64,000 nucleotides of DNA from Eledone cirrhosa (taxonomy: Eukaryota), in contig OZ024743.1 in NCBI GenBank assembly GCA_964016885.1, forward strand, positions 348,812,001 to 348,876,000, read 5' to 3'. This document shows positions 1 through 14,945 of this stretch, one piece after another (position 1 is the first letter of the stretch; each line of letters opens with the position of its first letter). Below the pieces are notes generated by a model that worked only from the letters and a program-made list of their open reading frames with translations, made no database searches and was not told the DNA's origin. A program made the translations under genes and the position numbers.

Positions 1-569
1 CTGTGTTCCTTAACCTCTCACACTAATTCAAACACTGCTTATTCCACTTTGTGAGCAATATCACTATCTCTCACTCTCTCTCTCATTCCCATTGACTGTA
101 TTTCATCCATTTTCCCTAGCATCCACATTCTCCCCTGTACTCTCCCTAATCCTATTAGAATCTCTATTTCCCATGTCTTACTCTCCCTCTCTCTCTGACA
201 ATCTCTCGTTCCCATTCACACCAAAACCCTTTACTACTCCGTCCCCCTTACAACCAATAGAGTCCGCTATATTAACTGCAAGGGGAAGCCTTGCAACGCT
301 ATCACCCCAATTGAAGATATTAACATAATGACCCCTAAAGGGGAGGGAGCAGTATGTACCACAATACACTTTCATTCGCACACCTCGCAACCTCGCATTA
401 ACCCTTATTATACCAAAGGTCCACAAGATCGACCCTTACGTGACACGAACGCTAAACGAGACTATCATAAATTTAACCCTTTACACTCTATCATTATTTC
501 TATAACCCTTTCCTCCGCACATATGATTAGCCTTCTGTTAGATTCACTCATTGTATGAGTAAATACACA

Positions 570-625
<56 letters not shown>

Positions 626-626
626 G

Positions 627-671
<45 letters not shown>

Positions 672-673
672 TC

Positions 674-761
<88 letters not shown>

Positions 762-762
762 A

Positions 763-797
<35 letters not shown>

Positions 798-1031
798 GCT
801 CTCTCTCTCTCTCTGATTCTCTCTCTCACCCAAACACTCACTCTATCTCTATCTCTTTCTCTCTTTCTCATTCTCTCTCAAAGATCCACAAACGATTACA
901 CACGAATTATATACATATAATCATACATACATATATATACATACGTACATTTATGCATACATACATATATACGGACATACATGCATACAAATATATTTGA
1001 CTGCATGTGTTTGTGTATAACATATATATAC

Positions 1032-1063
<32 letters not shown>

Positions 1064-1094
1064 ATGTGTGTATGCGTGTATGGGTGTTGTGTGC

Positions 1095-1135
<41 letters not shown>

Positions 1136-1356
1136 TATATATACCATATCTCTCTCTCTATATATATATATGTGTGTGTGTGTGTATGTGTATCTGTGTG
1201 TGTGTGTGTGTGCATGTTTATATATGTATACATAAATATATATATATGTGAATGTGTGTGTGCGTGTGTGTATGTGGGTATGGGTGTGTGTGTGTGTGTG
1301 TATGTGTGTGTATGTGTGTGTATGTGTGTGTGTGTATGTGTGTGTGCGTGTCTGAG

Positions 1357-1387
<31 letters not shown>

Positions 1388-1450
1388 CTGTGTGTGTGTG
1401 TGTGTGTATGTGGATGTGTGTGTGTGTGTATGCGTGTGTGTGTATGCATG

Positions 1451-1486
<36 letters not shown>
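570..1486. repeat. Compound microsatellite (CT)n followed by (TA)n/(TG)n
   Basis: Directly visible dinucleotide runs; overlapping [12 protein letters not shown] ORFs are their translations. Confidence 0.95.
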
Positions 1487-1489
<3 letters not shown>

Positions 1490-1708
1490 CAAGCCCATTT
1501 TCCCTCTTTCTATACTTCCGCTCCCTTTTTTTTATGTTTTATTTATTATCAACTCATTTTTTTTATATATTTCTTCTAGAATATTTTCCATTATTACCCT
1601 TTATTACGCTCCTTCATCCACCACCTCCGCTTCCTCTCCAAACCCGACCTTCCCTCTGATCCTGCAACCACCCCTCCGACACCTCTGAACCTCTTTCTTC
1701 TTACTTTT

Positions 1709-1886
1709 CTTCTTCTTCTTCTTCTTCTTCTTCTTCTTCTTCTTCTTCTTCTTCTTCTTCTTCTTCTTCTTCTTCTTCTTCTTCTTCTTCTTCTTCTTCT
1801 TCTTCTTCTTCTTCTTCTTCTCTCCTCCCACTCCTCTTCCTTCTCCTCCTATTCCTCATATACCTCCTCCTCCCCCTCCTCCTTCT

Positions 1887-1918
<32 letters not shown>

Positions 1919-2004
1919 TTCTTCTCCTTCTTCTTCTGCTTCTATTCCTCTCCTCCTCCTCCACCACTTCCCCTCTTCTTCTTCTTCTTCTTCTTCTTCT
2001 TCTT

Positions 2005-2035
<31 letters not shown>

Positions 2036-2053
2036 TTCTTCTTCTTCTTCTTC
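1709..2053. repeat. (CTT)n/(CCT)n trinucleotide microsatellite
   Basis: Long TTC run; source of the poly-K/E/R ORFs. Confidence 0.95.
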
Positions 2054-2462
2054 TACGTTAATCTATTTCATTCTCTACACTTCTTAATCCTTTTCCCAAA
2101 TATTTTCCTTGTTTGCTTCTTTCATTATTCATTTCACTGTTTTCTCTTTCTTCATTCGTTCCTCTCTTTTTCTGTTTGCTTTTTAATGTTGTTATATTAA
2201 GTTCTTTTGTATAATATTTTGTCTTGTTCTCTTTGTTTTCGTTTACATTTAATTCTCTTCAAATGTCTCCTGACCTCTCTCTCTCTCTTTATCTCTCTCC
2301 CTTTATTTCACGCATGTCTGTATTACTGTTTAATTCAATTCATCTGTTTTCCGATTTTATTCATAGACATACACACGTACACAGATACACACAGATACAC
2401 ACACACACACACACACATACACACATATGCACACACACATACAAACAAACACATACAAACAA

Positions 2463-2502
<40 letters not shown>

Positions 2503-2518
2503 TTATATATATATAATT

Positions 2519-2588
<70 letters not shown>

Positions 2589-2810
2589 TTATTGATGTTT
2601 TTGTGATGGCAGCGGTGTCGGTTTGTAAGTAAAGAGAAAACGATAGCTAGCATGTCCGGCCATCTTGTTCCCATCTCATATTCATTTAAGCCGCACAATC
2701 CAAGACGCGACCTCCAGCCAATTCCAGTCATCCACACTCACCCATCCTTCCATAAAATATTCAGCCATAGTTCAACCCCTTCCCACTATCCCGATGTCTC
2801 ACCCAAACAT

Positions 2811-2894
<84 letters not shown>

Positions 2895-2903
2895 ACACAC
2901 ACG

Positions 2904-2944
<41 letters not shown>

Positions 2945-2947
2945 ATG

Positions 2948-2999
<52 letters not shown>

Positions 3000-3466
3000 C
3001 GCACACACACACACACAGTGAAGCACATGCACCATTACTCAATGACGGTAACCAGAACGTTTACAAACAAATATGGACGCCGCCCACCACCTTGTAGCTA
3101 GCAGCCTGAAAATTTATTGATATCATTCGTCAGGGTCGCGTACGGATTGTGTTTGGTGCTAGTGGGGTAGGTGTAGCAGTAATAGTAAAATATATGTTGT
3201 AAAGGGGTGGGCATGTCGTGTTTTTGTTGTTGTTGCTATTAATGTTGGTGGTGGTAGCGGTGGCGGTTATGGTGGGGGTGTATAGAGTTACTGTTGGTGG
3301 AAACTTTGTGTGTTGAGCGGGTGGAGCACGTTTCTAAGTTAATGGTAAACATCTCTATGGAAATATGCAACACCCAATATGCGAATTCAGGCGCGTGCAT
3401 TCACATAGGCGCAAGCATAATCGGAGAAACGCCTACGTAAAAGTGCATACTATGTGTATAGAAAGG

Positions 3467-3518
<52 letters not shown>

Positions 3519-3521
<3 letters not shown>

Positions 3522-3713
3522 CGAAGGAAATGTGGTAAGGAACCAGATGGACCAAAACGCACCAAAGTACTCAATACTTAGTGTAGTAGAGTGGGTAATA
3601 GGAACGAGCAGAACCCCGACGGCTGAGCTCAAGCCATTTCGACGGCTAATTCTGGACTTAATTAGCCGTCGAAACGGCTTGAGCTCAGCCGTGGGGATCC
3701 TACTCGTTCCTAT
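3519..3713 (-). mobile_element. HHR family A short PLE-like element, fold-back copy carrying only the 3' half of the ribozyme
   Basis: Inverted arms ~3598-3650 and 3661-3713 carry GAAA-CGGC-TTGAGCTCA-GCCG-TC-GGGG. Tail is homologous to 38640-38785 and 49681-49821. Flanked by (TA)n on both sides. Confidence 0.8.
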
Positions 3714-3722
3714 ATATATATT

Positions 3723-3762
<40 letters not shown>

Positions 3763-4544
3763 ATAGAATGCTGTAGTTCGCTTGAAGCATTGTGTACAGG
3801 ATACAATGTAAAATACAATGTAAAATATTATGTTTAAGAAGGCTAAGACAATGTGAAATGGGCGGTAAAATGCTGGCAACGAAAAAGTTTGTGTTGCCTG
3901 ATATTTGTTATTATTATTATCGTTTGCTTTTCTTTTGTTTTTCGTCCTAATGTTTCAGTACTTAAAAATCCCTTCCCCAGAGTATGGGGAACTCTCGGAG
4001 TAAAACCTTCCAGGCTTATCGCTTTAAAGTTTGATTAAAATTAAAAATTTCGAAACAGTTTTCAAGCGTTCTGTTTTAACGTTTCCTCTAGTGTCCGCGT
4101 CAAACTGGAAGATGACTTGAATTGCCATATTTATAATCTAATTCAAGTAAATCCCTGTTGTTAATTGTTATACTTAGACTGCGTATATGTGCGTGTGGGT
4201 GACTCCTTTTATGTCCTGTATAGTGTGCTGAGTTCCAATCTGTTGTTAGATTGGGGTTGGAGCCTACATACAAGAAGTGCTTCCTTTATTCTCAAGTTGC
4301 TCACATTTCTCTCTCCAGCTTCAATATTGACTGTGCTGTTTTTGTTGATGTTTCTGTATTAACATAAACACACGATTCTATTGTAGACGTCCAAAAGTTG
4401 CTCTCCAAAAGTATATAAACAGACATTTCAAAACAGAATCTCACAAACAATCAGAAGGACGGAACAACCGTCCTCCCCACCGACCCAAATATAAGGTATT
4501 ATTGCCTTTCCAAATTTCTCCTCTCTTAATCGATCATTGCCTCA

Positions 4545-7100
4545 TGATAGGCAGTGTTAATTCTCATGTCCTTGGATCGTCCCGGAAGCAGGGTACCAGC
4601 TCAACGACTTTAGGTCATTGCCTATTGTTGTGGTGGCCATAGCGATAACAGAGTTTCCGACTCAAGAACATTCGCATCTATTTTCAGTGGCTACGAAGTG
4701 TACACGTCTCCGAGCCGTCCAGCAACTGGAGGTGGAGCTGCCGTGTGTTCCGGAGAGGCCTTGATCTCGCAATACGGACCATCTTCCTTGACTTGTAGTG
4801 TAAATTGGTGATGCTAGCCGTGACAAGCGGAGAAGGGCAAGCATTCGGGATAATGGCCATCTATGCTCCGACAGGGACAGCCGAACAGATTTCTGCCGAT
4901 GCTTAGAAACCTTTCTAGGAACGTCTGCTCTTTACTGTTAGTGGGTGACTGGGAGGGTATCTTAGATACACACTGGGACTGTGTGGGACTAGCGGATATG
5001 AGAGAAGGGTGTAAAAGTCTCGCAAACCTGCTCCGATACTTTCAACTCTCTCAGATACCGACGGGAAATTCCGAATGCGCCTGTGGACATGGACAAACCA
5101 CATCGGATCCTACAGATCGTATTTAGATAGAGTATTCGGTAGAGAAGTAGAGAAGCATAGCATACGTTGTACACAATCTAAAGTTGTCGAATAGACAGGC
5201 CATATATTTGTGACGTGTTTAATACATCTAGAAAAGCTCCACAGGCAAGGACCCGGTTACTGGAAGCTAAACACCTCATTCTTGGTGGGCAATCCCTAGA
5301 GAGACGATATTAGCGAATTAGTTAAGCGGGCCTTGATGGGAGCAATCGTCAACAAAAAATAGTGGTTCGCCCTGAAAAGGGTGATTAGAGTAGAATCGAT
5401 AACATTTAGCAAAGCCTTTTCAATAGAAAAATCTAGAGCAGAGGGAGAGCTAGTTAGAAACCTAGAAGAGGCAAATAGCAAAGGCATCGCAACTGACGTT
5501 CTTACAGCGAGATTGGGCCTGGACCAATTTATCAATTCTAAGCACGAAAACTACGTGGTTAGAGCTAAGGCGTGTGCTTTTAGAAACGAGGAGAGAAAAG
5601 TCATCCATTGGGCTCGAGTGACGGACACCACGTGAGGCAACAAAGCCACAAGTCACTCTTTGGAAAACCGCGATCGGCGCTAGATACTCGATCCCAAGCA
5701 TATATAGCGGGTTTTCAGCCGCATTTAACCTGACTGTTCGCGGCGTCGGGCCAGTTCACAGCCTATCTCGAAGGCCAGCCGCATCTGTCGGTGACGGAGG
5801 CATGGTTTTGTGAAAAGCCGATAACTGCCGTTGACATACAGTGGGCATTAGCCGATTGCACGAGAAGCAAATTGTCTTGTTTGGATGGACTTCCCAACGA
5901 GCTTCACGTTTACATGCCAGTCGTTTTCGATGACCGCTTGGCAGACGGTTACTGCATCTGGAAGCAGAACGGGAGAATTCGCTGTTCTGCAAACCTTTGA
6001 ACGTTGACGCTGCTGAGAAAAGACCCGATCAGGGAGAATATTGTAGAAAATTATAGGCCCATAATTATACTAAATACCGAGTTCAAAATTACGGCAAAGG
6101 TATTAGCGCGAGGTTTTCGCCTATCGCCGGTGTTCTAGTACGGGAGGCACAGCCATGTGTCATTATCAAGAGATCCATCCACGACAACCTCTATCTCAGG
6201 CGATACATCACAGTGAGTGTGGCTAAATAACCTGACAAGGATGGGGCACTGATCAGCTTGGATCAATCCCAAGCATTTGATAGGGTTAACCATCGGTACA
6301 AGGCGGCGGTCCTCAAAGCAGCATACTTTCGGCCCGTTTTCAGGGGATGGTTCGCTGTTATGCCCAGTAATGTCTGCTCTGTGATCAAAGTGAATGGTCA
6401 CCTCTCGGAACCGTTTAACCTCATGTGGTCGGTCCACCAAGGGGTGCCTCCTTTCATCTCTCTTGTATGTATTGACTCTCGAGCCACTACTACACAAATT
6501 AAAGATGTTGAAAGGATTAGCTAGTGAACCAGGACAGAAAGCTGTCCCTGAGAGTTAGAGCAGAGGTACATCGCGTAGGTCATCTACTACCAACTAACCA
6601 TCTACCTTGTCCCAAATCCAGTCTGACTACACTGGAGTGTTTGCTCTTCCACTTTTTGTGGAAGGGGCTCGTTCCGATGGTCAGGCTGTCCATCTCCTTT
6701 CAACACTCGTATACGACAAATCAGGTTATCAACGGATTCCATTGTGAATATTATCCCACCGCCTTCTTTTCGTCAATAACTACAAGCCATATTTATCTAT
6801 CTCGTGATCTTGGCGAAAGATTTTCGTTTGAAGACGAGCACTTCGTCGAAGCATTGATTAACTTCTTCAGGTTTCACTTGTAGAGGAAAATCAGAGAAGA
6901 AAGGGAAGTACTGCTTTCAAAGCAATTTCTTCAAATGTGTATGAGAGAGGCGGGCATGGTCCGAGTGAATCGGCTCGCTTTCAGTGTGAGCCTGTAGGTT
7001 GGAGGAGTACAACTGCGAAAGGGCACTTACTTTAAAGATCAGGGCACCTGTGGATTTGTTTTTTTCCACGTGTGAACCCCGTATTGAGGAAGCTCCTTTG
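4545..7100 (+). mobile_element. Decayed Tx1-type (L1 group) non-LTR retrotransposon ORF2: APE endonuclease + RT, frameshifted and internally deleted
   Basis: Across frames: GDWEGILD (GDWN), WTWTNH..SYLDRV, GPGYWKLNTS, CLDGLPNE (PGLDG), NYRPIILLNTEFKITAKVL, LDQSQAFDRVNH, SVHQG, and C-terminal ALINFFRFHL. Confidence 0.9.
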
Positions 7101-7319
7101 TTTTAATTTCCTCGATACATTCCTTTTTTTAACATGCTAAAATGTGTTTGCACACAAAACCAACATACTAACACACACATACTCACACAAACACACCCGC
7201 ACCCACACACAACAAACACACACACATTCACATACAGACACTCTATATTTTTGTACTGTGCCGTCATAATGTATTTCTGATGCAAACACTTTGTAGTTAA
7301 TAAGAAAATCCTTATAATT

Positions 7320-7640
7320 ATTCCGCCAAGATTAGTTTTGGCTTTTTTACTTCCGGGGCCGATAAAATACGTGCACCAGTAAGGTACTGTGGTCGATTTA
7401 ATTGACTTTCCCCTCCACTTCAAATTGCTGGTCTTGTGTCTAAAGTAGAATCAATTTTGGCAGTATCGGTAGAGGGTCGGACACCATGCTTTGTAGCATA
7501 GAGTTACGCCCCTTCACGGTCGGAGTTCAAATGCCACCGAGGTTGAATTTGCCGTTCATCCTTACGGAGTCGATAAAATAAAGGACCAGAAATGCACTGG
7601 GATAATTGCTGGCCTTGAGCCAAAAGTAGAAATAATAATA
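7320..7640 (+). mobile_element. Two tandem copies (first 5'-truncated) of the tRNA-derived Deu/Nin-core SINE
   Basis: A-box-like TGGCAGTATCGG, B-box GAGTTCAAAT, core GCC.TTCATCCTTACGG.GTCGATAAAATAAAG, tail GGCCTTG.GCCAAAAGTAGAAA. Confidence 0.85.
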
Positions 7641-7899
7641 ATTGTTATTATTTACTTAGATGCTGCGCTTAGAGTAATTTGGTTTGGTCATATTTTCGGA
7701 ATCAGGAACTCATTACATTCTGCAGGGGTCTCTGTTCGGGGTTCAAATTAAACGGTCTCTTCTTAGAATCCGTTTATGTAGAATTCTCGGTCCTTCAATG
7801 ATTTCACCTCTCTCATCTCCTGTATGTGTTGATTTTGAAACCTTTGCTCTAAAGAAAGCTAATCTTTGAACACAACTTGAAACGTGTTGCAAGGGAGCT

Positions 7900-8270
7900 A
7901 AGTGTGACATTAACCTCATGCAGTCAGACACTTCTGTTACCTAGGTAGACGGCAAATTACTGGAATATTACTACCAGCTTACTGGAGGTTGCATTAGCTA
8001 GGACAGTCAGTGGGCTTACAACACACTTTAAGTGCTTTTTTCTTTCTCTAGCTTGTAGTCATAGCGAAAGAAGCGGTGTCGTAGACACGTGTCCTATATT
8101 TGAGGACTAGTATCTTCCTCCTCGGCCAAGCCCTCATCAATCCCTTCAAATACAACTTGAGGAAATAGTCAAGCTTATAGAGGGATGTGCTTTCTAGTTA
8201 GTTCTTGAAAGATGGATGAGAGCAGTGAGATTGCCGAAGCTGATCGGGCCTACTTTGATTATGATTCTCT
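7900..8270 (+). mobile_element. Second, more diverged Tx1-type 3' fragment
   Basis: ALINPFKYNLRK at ~8130-8165 aligns by eye with ALINFFRFHL*RK at 6850-6890, with similar downstream sequence. Confidence 0.55.
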
Positions 8271-8445
8271 GAGCAATAAATAAGAATCCACGAGGAGAAA
8301 TAGTAATCCAAAATATAATGGTAATGGCTATATGCACAAGCAACGTATTCGGGAGATGCACAGTCGATCTTTCGCAGGCGCCTATGCCAATTATTTCTGA
8401 CTTGAGTTGCATTTACCCGATTTTCTCAACTACTATTAATAGTGA

Positions 8446-8853
<408 letters not shown>

Positions 8854-9483
8854 AATATATATATATATATCTGTGTGTGTGTGTGTGTATATGCACCACT
8901 ATATATATATATACATATGCGTGTAGATGTGTAGATGTGTGCATGTTTGTGTTGTTAACGCGTCTGTGTATTTGAATATAATGATAAAATGTATTGTATA
9001 TTTTATATTCCGATTATCTACTTTAAGTGAGTAATCCTTCACAAGTACGATATGCCTCTCGTCTTTGGGGGATCGATTTATGTTTACTATGTTATAGGTT
9101 TAATTGAACTAACGCAAGCCGCCATTATTTATCCAAGTCAACTGTAAGTTATACACTGATATGTTGAATCTTAAGTGATGTTTACTCTCTTTCTTCGAGT
9201 GAACTTTGTTATGGAATTCATTTGAAAGATGTGATTAGTACAGTAAAAAGAATGTTTGATACCGGGATGTAGAGAATGAACTGCCTACGCATTAGTTATC
9301 TGCGTTCTCACACGTTCCACATTAATACACATTTTTTTTTCTCAATTTGCTCAAAGCGAATGTGATAAAATATTAACACCCATGAAATCAAAACGGGTTT
9401 TTGGACTACGGCTAATTACAGGGAGTGGAGATTTAGGTAAGCCCGGTGTATTTGTACATATAGTTATTTTGTATTACTATTTA

Positions 9484-9875
9484 TGGTGTTTTGATTTGCA
9501 GTATCGGTAGAGGGTCGGACGCCATGCTTTGACGCATAGAGTTACTGCCCTTGCAGTTCTGAGTTCAAATCCCACCGAGGTTAATTTTGCCTTTCATCCA
9601 TACGGGGTCGATAAAATAAAGTACGAGTACTGCAATGGGATACTGCTGGCATTGTGCCAAAAGTAGAAACAATTAATATTTATGGCGGTGGATCGGCAGT
9701 AACAGTAGAGGGTCGGACGCCATGCTTTGACGCTTACAGTTACGGCCCTTGGCATTTTGAGTTCAAATCCCGTCGAGGTTAACTTTGCGTTTCATCCTTA
9801 CGGGGTCGATAAAATAAAGTACCAGTAATGCACTGAGTATTTGCTGGCCTTGTGCCAAAAGTAGAAGCAATTATT
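9484..9875 (+). mobile_element. Head-to-tail SINE dimer
   Basis: Two ~190 bp copies (9484-9675, 9684-9875) of the SINE consensus. Confidence 0.9.
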
Positions 9876-10501
9876 ATTTATGGCTGAGATTTTGTGTTGA
9901 AGGTTGTGGATTATGTTTGGATTCTTTTGTTATTGGAAGACGTTCCATTCATGACCACTTTATCTATTATCCAGACATACTCTATCTCAGCCTATATTAT
10001 TCAATGGGAACTTTCTTTACATTTTAGAACGATGGGGTGTCTAGAACAATTTGAAACATGCGGCTGCTTTTTCTAGTAACCCGAGTGACCACAGATAAGC
10101 TTTTTGTTTGCAGATGTGTTGTTTAAGTTGTATTGGTGATGAAGATAGCATTATAAGTTACACTGCTTGTTAGGATATAGCGTTGGTGGAGATAGTTTGA
10201 GGGGCGAAGGTGGTAGTGGACGTGGTATTGGGATATATTGTGTATTGGTTGGCATCAACGCTATTGCTGTCGGGGTTGTGACAAGGATTTCAGCGAAAGA
10301 GGTTTAATTAATCAAGAAAGAGAATCACGTCTATTCCCTGGCGTCTATTTAAGACAACGCGGGCAACGCCATCTTCTATGATTGCAGCGCAGTGGCGGAA
10401 GTGTTTGTGGAAAGGAAGTTTTATACGGGATTTACGAGGGATTTTTTCAGGCAGCTAATTGTATGTGTGTACATTTTTCAATGTATGTATGTATTCTCAT
10501 G

Positions 10502-10532
<31 letters not shown>

Positions 10533-12289
10533 TTGTATTTATATATATATGTATATATATGCACACTTGTATTTATATATATATATATATACACATTTAT
10601 TTATATTTATATATATGTACACATACACATGTTCATGTATGTATATGTGCTTGTATGTTTGTATATGTGTGCGTGTGTGTGTGAGACAGAGAGAATGTGT
10701 GTGCAAGCCTGTGTTCTGGAAGCGATTGGAGAGAGATTGAAGTGTAACAGAAAATATTGAGTAAGATCTAAATAATTATTTCATTTGCAATCTTTTGTTG
10801 CATTTTACAGTTCTGATTCATAGGAATTAAATTGTCGTTTGTCTGTCTGTGTGTCTGTCATTTAGCCTGTCTCTCTTTCTTTTATTTCTTTCTATTTATC
10901 TATTCATTTAGTTCTTCCTTTCTCTCCGTGTCACCCCCTCTCTCTGTCTATCTATCTCTATATATATTTATATCTATATATCGGTCTTCCTGTCTGTCTG
11001 TCTGTCTGCTTGCCTATCTATTTACAAATCTTTCATTATAGATAACCTTAGATCTTATAACCTTAGGTTGTTTCCGTCTGTCGCTAAGATACAATCAACG
11101 TTCTCGCTCCATCCTTCAAGTCTTAACTCTCTCTCATTTTTCCTAGCACTTTTCTCTCCCTTTCTTTCTGTTATCTTCTGTCGTGCCTTTTTTTCTTCTG
11201 TTTCTTTTTCATTTCTTGTTTTTAATTATTACCACTATTAAAGGAAGAGCTGATGTGACAGAAACAGTTCGGCAATCAGTTTTCATAGGTTTTAATAGTT
11301 TGCTCTAACTCACATTGAACTCACAGGCTACCAATAGAACATCTATGTTGATCTCACGTAGAGCACATATAATAGCAACAGCTATGTGTTAGGTTTCGTC
11401 CCAACCGCTTGCTTGAAATGTATGGCGTAATACCATATATGCCGTAATTTCAGATGTTGGAGTAAACACGAAGGCTCTACGAAATCTCTCAGCGGCCGGG
11501 ATGAATCCAGGATGCTCATGAGTGGAACGCGTTTGATCATAGGTCTCTTATAATAGAGTTTATCTGTGGCTTAACAATAACTTCATTATCTTTCATGTGT
11601 CTATATGTGTATGGGGAGCAGGAGAAAGGGATTTAAAAATACACTCAGTGTGTTTCGTATGTTTATATGTGGCAAACTTACGGCAGATAGTTTTCTTACA
11701 ATAAATGATGATGATTTCTAAGGTTGGATGTTGTGTACTGATTGAAACCACTAAAAGAATAAAAGTATAAAATCATGATTTGAGATTGAAAGCGAACCAC
11801 AAATTAACCAAAAAAAAATCGATCTATATATATCTAAGATTGTGTATTTGTTCGATCAGGTCTGTCATAAGGCAACAAAAAAATAATAAATGATAAAGAA
11901 AGAAAGAAAATGAGAACTCGCAAGGATGGGATAAAAACTGCAAAACAACCAGCGCTTCTCTTTAATTATTGTGATCTAATCTGTCGGTAGTTAGAATAAA
12001 TTCCGGAGATCACGGTAAGCTTATTACAGAAGTATATTTGCTAAAAATACTTTACAAACATTGGTTCTTTTGATGCTGGATTATATAACAGGGGTTTTAT
12101 GCTTCTTTAGCGATATTTCAATTTTACATAGTGACTCATTTACACGAGATACTTAAATATCTGTTATTTTCGGAGGTAGTCTGTTGCTGATAGCATATAA
12201 TGAAAAATTAAAAAAAAAGGTTTTATAACAAAAAATTCAGTCACGTTGCTGTTTTTATCGTTGATCTCAGATCAGAGAGTGATCTAGTA

Positions 12290-12434
12290 CAGCGGTCGCC
12301 AACCAGTAATCCGCGGACCACATTGATGGTCTGCAAAAACAATTTAATGTATTTATGTTTAAAAAAAATAATCTCACATTATTGGTCCGCGGGATTTAAC
12401 ATTATGAATAGTACCGAAAGGTTGGTGACCGCTG
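12290..12434. mobile_element. hAT (Charlie-like) MITE, 145 bp
   Basis: TIRs CAGCGGTCGCCAACC / GGTTGGTGACCGCTG. 8-bp TSD ATCTAGTA (12282-12289) / ATCTAGCA (12435-12442) resembles the NTCTAGAN target of hAT-Charlie elements. Confidence 0.85.
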
Positions 12435-12640
12435 ATCTAGCAGACATATCGCAAAAATAATTGAGGGGCATTAAATATATATTTATTTACGCGTTCCTTT
12501 ATTTTTAATACAATTGGAGTTTGTGCTTTGAGTAAAAGAGGTTGCGACTTGTTGCAAATCCATCGATTACTGAACAATTCTTCCTTGTGATTTGTGCAGT
12601 TTTTCTTGAAGTCGATATCTTAGTTTCTAAACCTTTCGTA

Positions 12641-13037
12641 AATAATTGTTTCTACTTTTTGGCACAAGGCCAGCAATTATCCAAAACCATTACTGCTACT
12701 TTATTTTATCGACACCGCAAGGATGAAAGGCAAAGCTAACCGTGGCAGGATTTGAACTAAGAACATAAAGGCCCATAACTCTATGCTGCAAAGCATGGTG
12801 TCTGACGCTCTACCGATTCTGCCAATCCACCGTCCTTTCGTAAATAATGGTTTCTTATATAGGCACAAGGCAGGTATTTTGAGGGAGGGGAAAGTCGATT
12901 AAATTGACCCAAGTGCGTGACTGGTACTTTATTTTATCGACCCCGTAAGGGATTTGAACTCAGATCATAAAGAGCTGGAACTCTAGGCTGAAAAGCATAG
13001 TGTCTGATGCTCTACCTATTCTGCCAACCCACAGCCC
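12641..13037 (-). mobile_element. Head-to-tail SINE dimer
   Basis: Reverse-complement SINE copies at 12641-12835 and 12843-13037. Confidence 0.85.
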
Positions 13038-13236
13038 TTTCCTAAATAATAAACACCCTTTCCTAAATAATAAACAGCATATTGTTCTTTTAGAGATCTT
13101 GGCCATAGAAACAAAGATCAATGCGATATATTCAGTTACTTTACAATCATTAAGAGCATAAATTAGAGTTGAGAGGATCCTGGAAACAAAGATCCACGAT
13201 TGTCAGTCCGATCTTGCATCGTGTTTTTTATCTAAT

Positions 13237-13845
13237 ACTAGCTGAGGCACCCAGCTTCGCCAACGTTAACAAATGATAAGAGAAGATGGGCAGAAGAGAA
13301 AACGTCTGTATTGAATGCATTGTCTTGTTTACAGTGTGTGTGTATTGTGTGTGTGTGTGTGTGTGTGTGTGTCTGTGTGTATGTGTGTGTGTGTGTGTGT
13401 GTGTTTATGTATATATATATATATGTGTGTGTGTGTGAGTGTTCGTGTGTATGTGTGTGTATGTGTATATGTGTGTGTGTAGGGTGTGTGTGGGTGTGCC
13501 TGTGTGAGTGTTCGTGTGTGTACGTGTGCGTGTGCGTGTCTGTGTGCGTAAACCACCGTTGAAATCGGAGACATATGTCGCGAAACACGATCATCACTGG
13601 AACGAACTCGCAGAGAGGATCATTTATGGTTGATTCCCAACCTGCTAGAAATAGCAGTCAGGTTGGTTAGCATACGTGGTATGTCTTTCTTCTTCTTTGG
13701 TGTTATAAAATTAGTATCAATAAACTTTCCTGGATATACTCTCATCCCAATCCTGTAAATACTTTCCGATTGTCACTTTTCGTTTTTTTCTTGTGATACG
13801 CGAAGGAACCAACCAACAAACATCTCTCTTTTATATTATGTATAG
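13237..13845 (+). mobile_element. Probable Helentron/DINE-like non-autonomous rolling-circle element with internal (TG)n
   Basis: 5' ACTAGCTGAGGCACCCAGCTTCGCC and 3' ...CAAACATCTCTCTTTTATATTATGTATAG resemble typical HINE termini. Confidence 0.5.
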
Positions 13846-14689
13846 GTTACTATATCTCTTTTATTTTTTCATTCAAAATACTTTTCAGCTAATTCTGTCG
13901 TACAATATACATCACCAATCGTTATCTAACGTTTGAAACATATGAATAGCTGGGATATATGCACCATATCAATCAAAAACGATATGAGAATTGAATACCA
14001 TACTAAAGCGCTAGTAAGCTTGCTATGAACCTGCAGATAGAAATGTTAATAAATACAACATTTGGCTTGGGTAAATTTTAAGATGTTCTTTCATTGTAGG
14101 TTTCTTTTCTCATTCTCTCCTTTCTCTCCTCTTCCTTCTTTATCTCTCTCCCCTCTCTCTCTATGTATATATATATATATACGGCTAGGTTTACCGGCAT
14201 TTTATCTTTTCAGTGCACAGAAACCGCACGCCCTCTCAAGTCAGCGATGGTGGGGGGTTAACGTGCTCTGGTGTTGCGTTTGAATAGTTTTTAGGATTCC
14301 CCAGTTCAGCAGCCAGTACGTTAAAGAAAATTTATAGTTACAACAATAAAGGTTGAACAGAGAACACATTTTTTAATTTGTACAACCATAATGGAAATTC
14401 CAAGTAACAGAAAATACATAAATTACATTGTTAGAGCCTCAGAGTATACAATATTTTTTGTTCGGCTCTCGGGAGCAAATATGAAGAGTAGGTAATCGCG
14501 AAGCTTTGTCTCTCTGTTGCTCTAGTAACATTTTTTCTTCTGGAAAATCTGATCTTGCGGCCAGGCTAGGACGTTTTTGGTGCCATATCGGCAATAACAA
14601 TGACGATAAGCCGTCTTCGCTTTCGTGAAATAAATACGTTTGTTTATATTTTGATTTTGTGTATGCAAAAATATCTGTACACGAATATA

Positions 14690-14779
<90 letters not shown>

Positions 14780-14785
<6 letters not shown>

Positions 14786-14945
14786 TAACAGATTAAAGTT
14801 TAAGCAAAGAATCGCTGCTTTCACCCTTAATGGGATCTTCTGAAGCTATAAAATTCAATCAATGAACGCAGAAGTAAATATTTCGAAAAGCGTTACAACC
14901 GAAAGAAAACAGGAAGATGATACTTTGGTTCGTGAAGACGTTAGG
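14780..14945 (-). mobile_element. HHR family B element; ribozyme motif at 14797-14847
   Basis: Homologous to 48760-48900 and 49040-49190. Minus strand CAGAAGA TCCC ATTAA GGGT GAAA GCA..TGC TT AAACT. Abuts (TA)n. Confidence 0.8.
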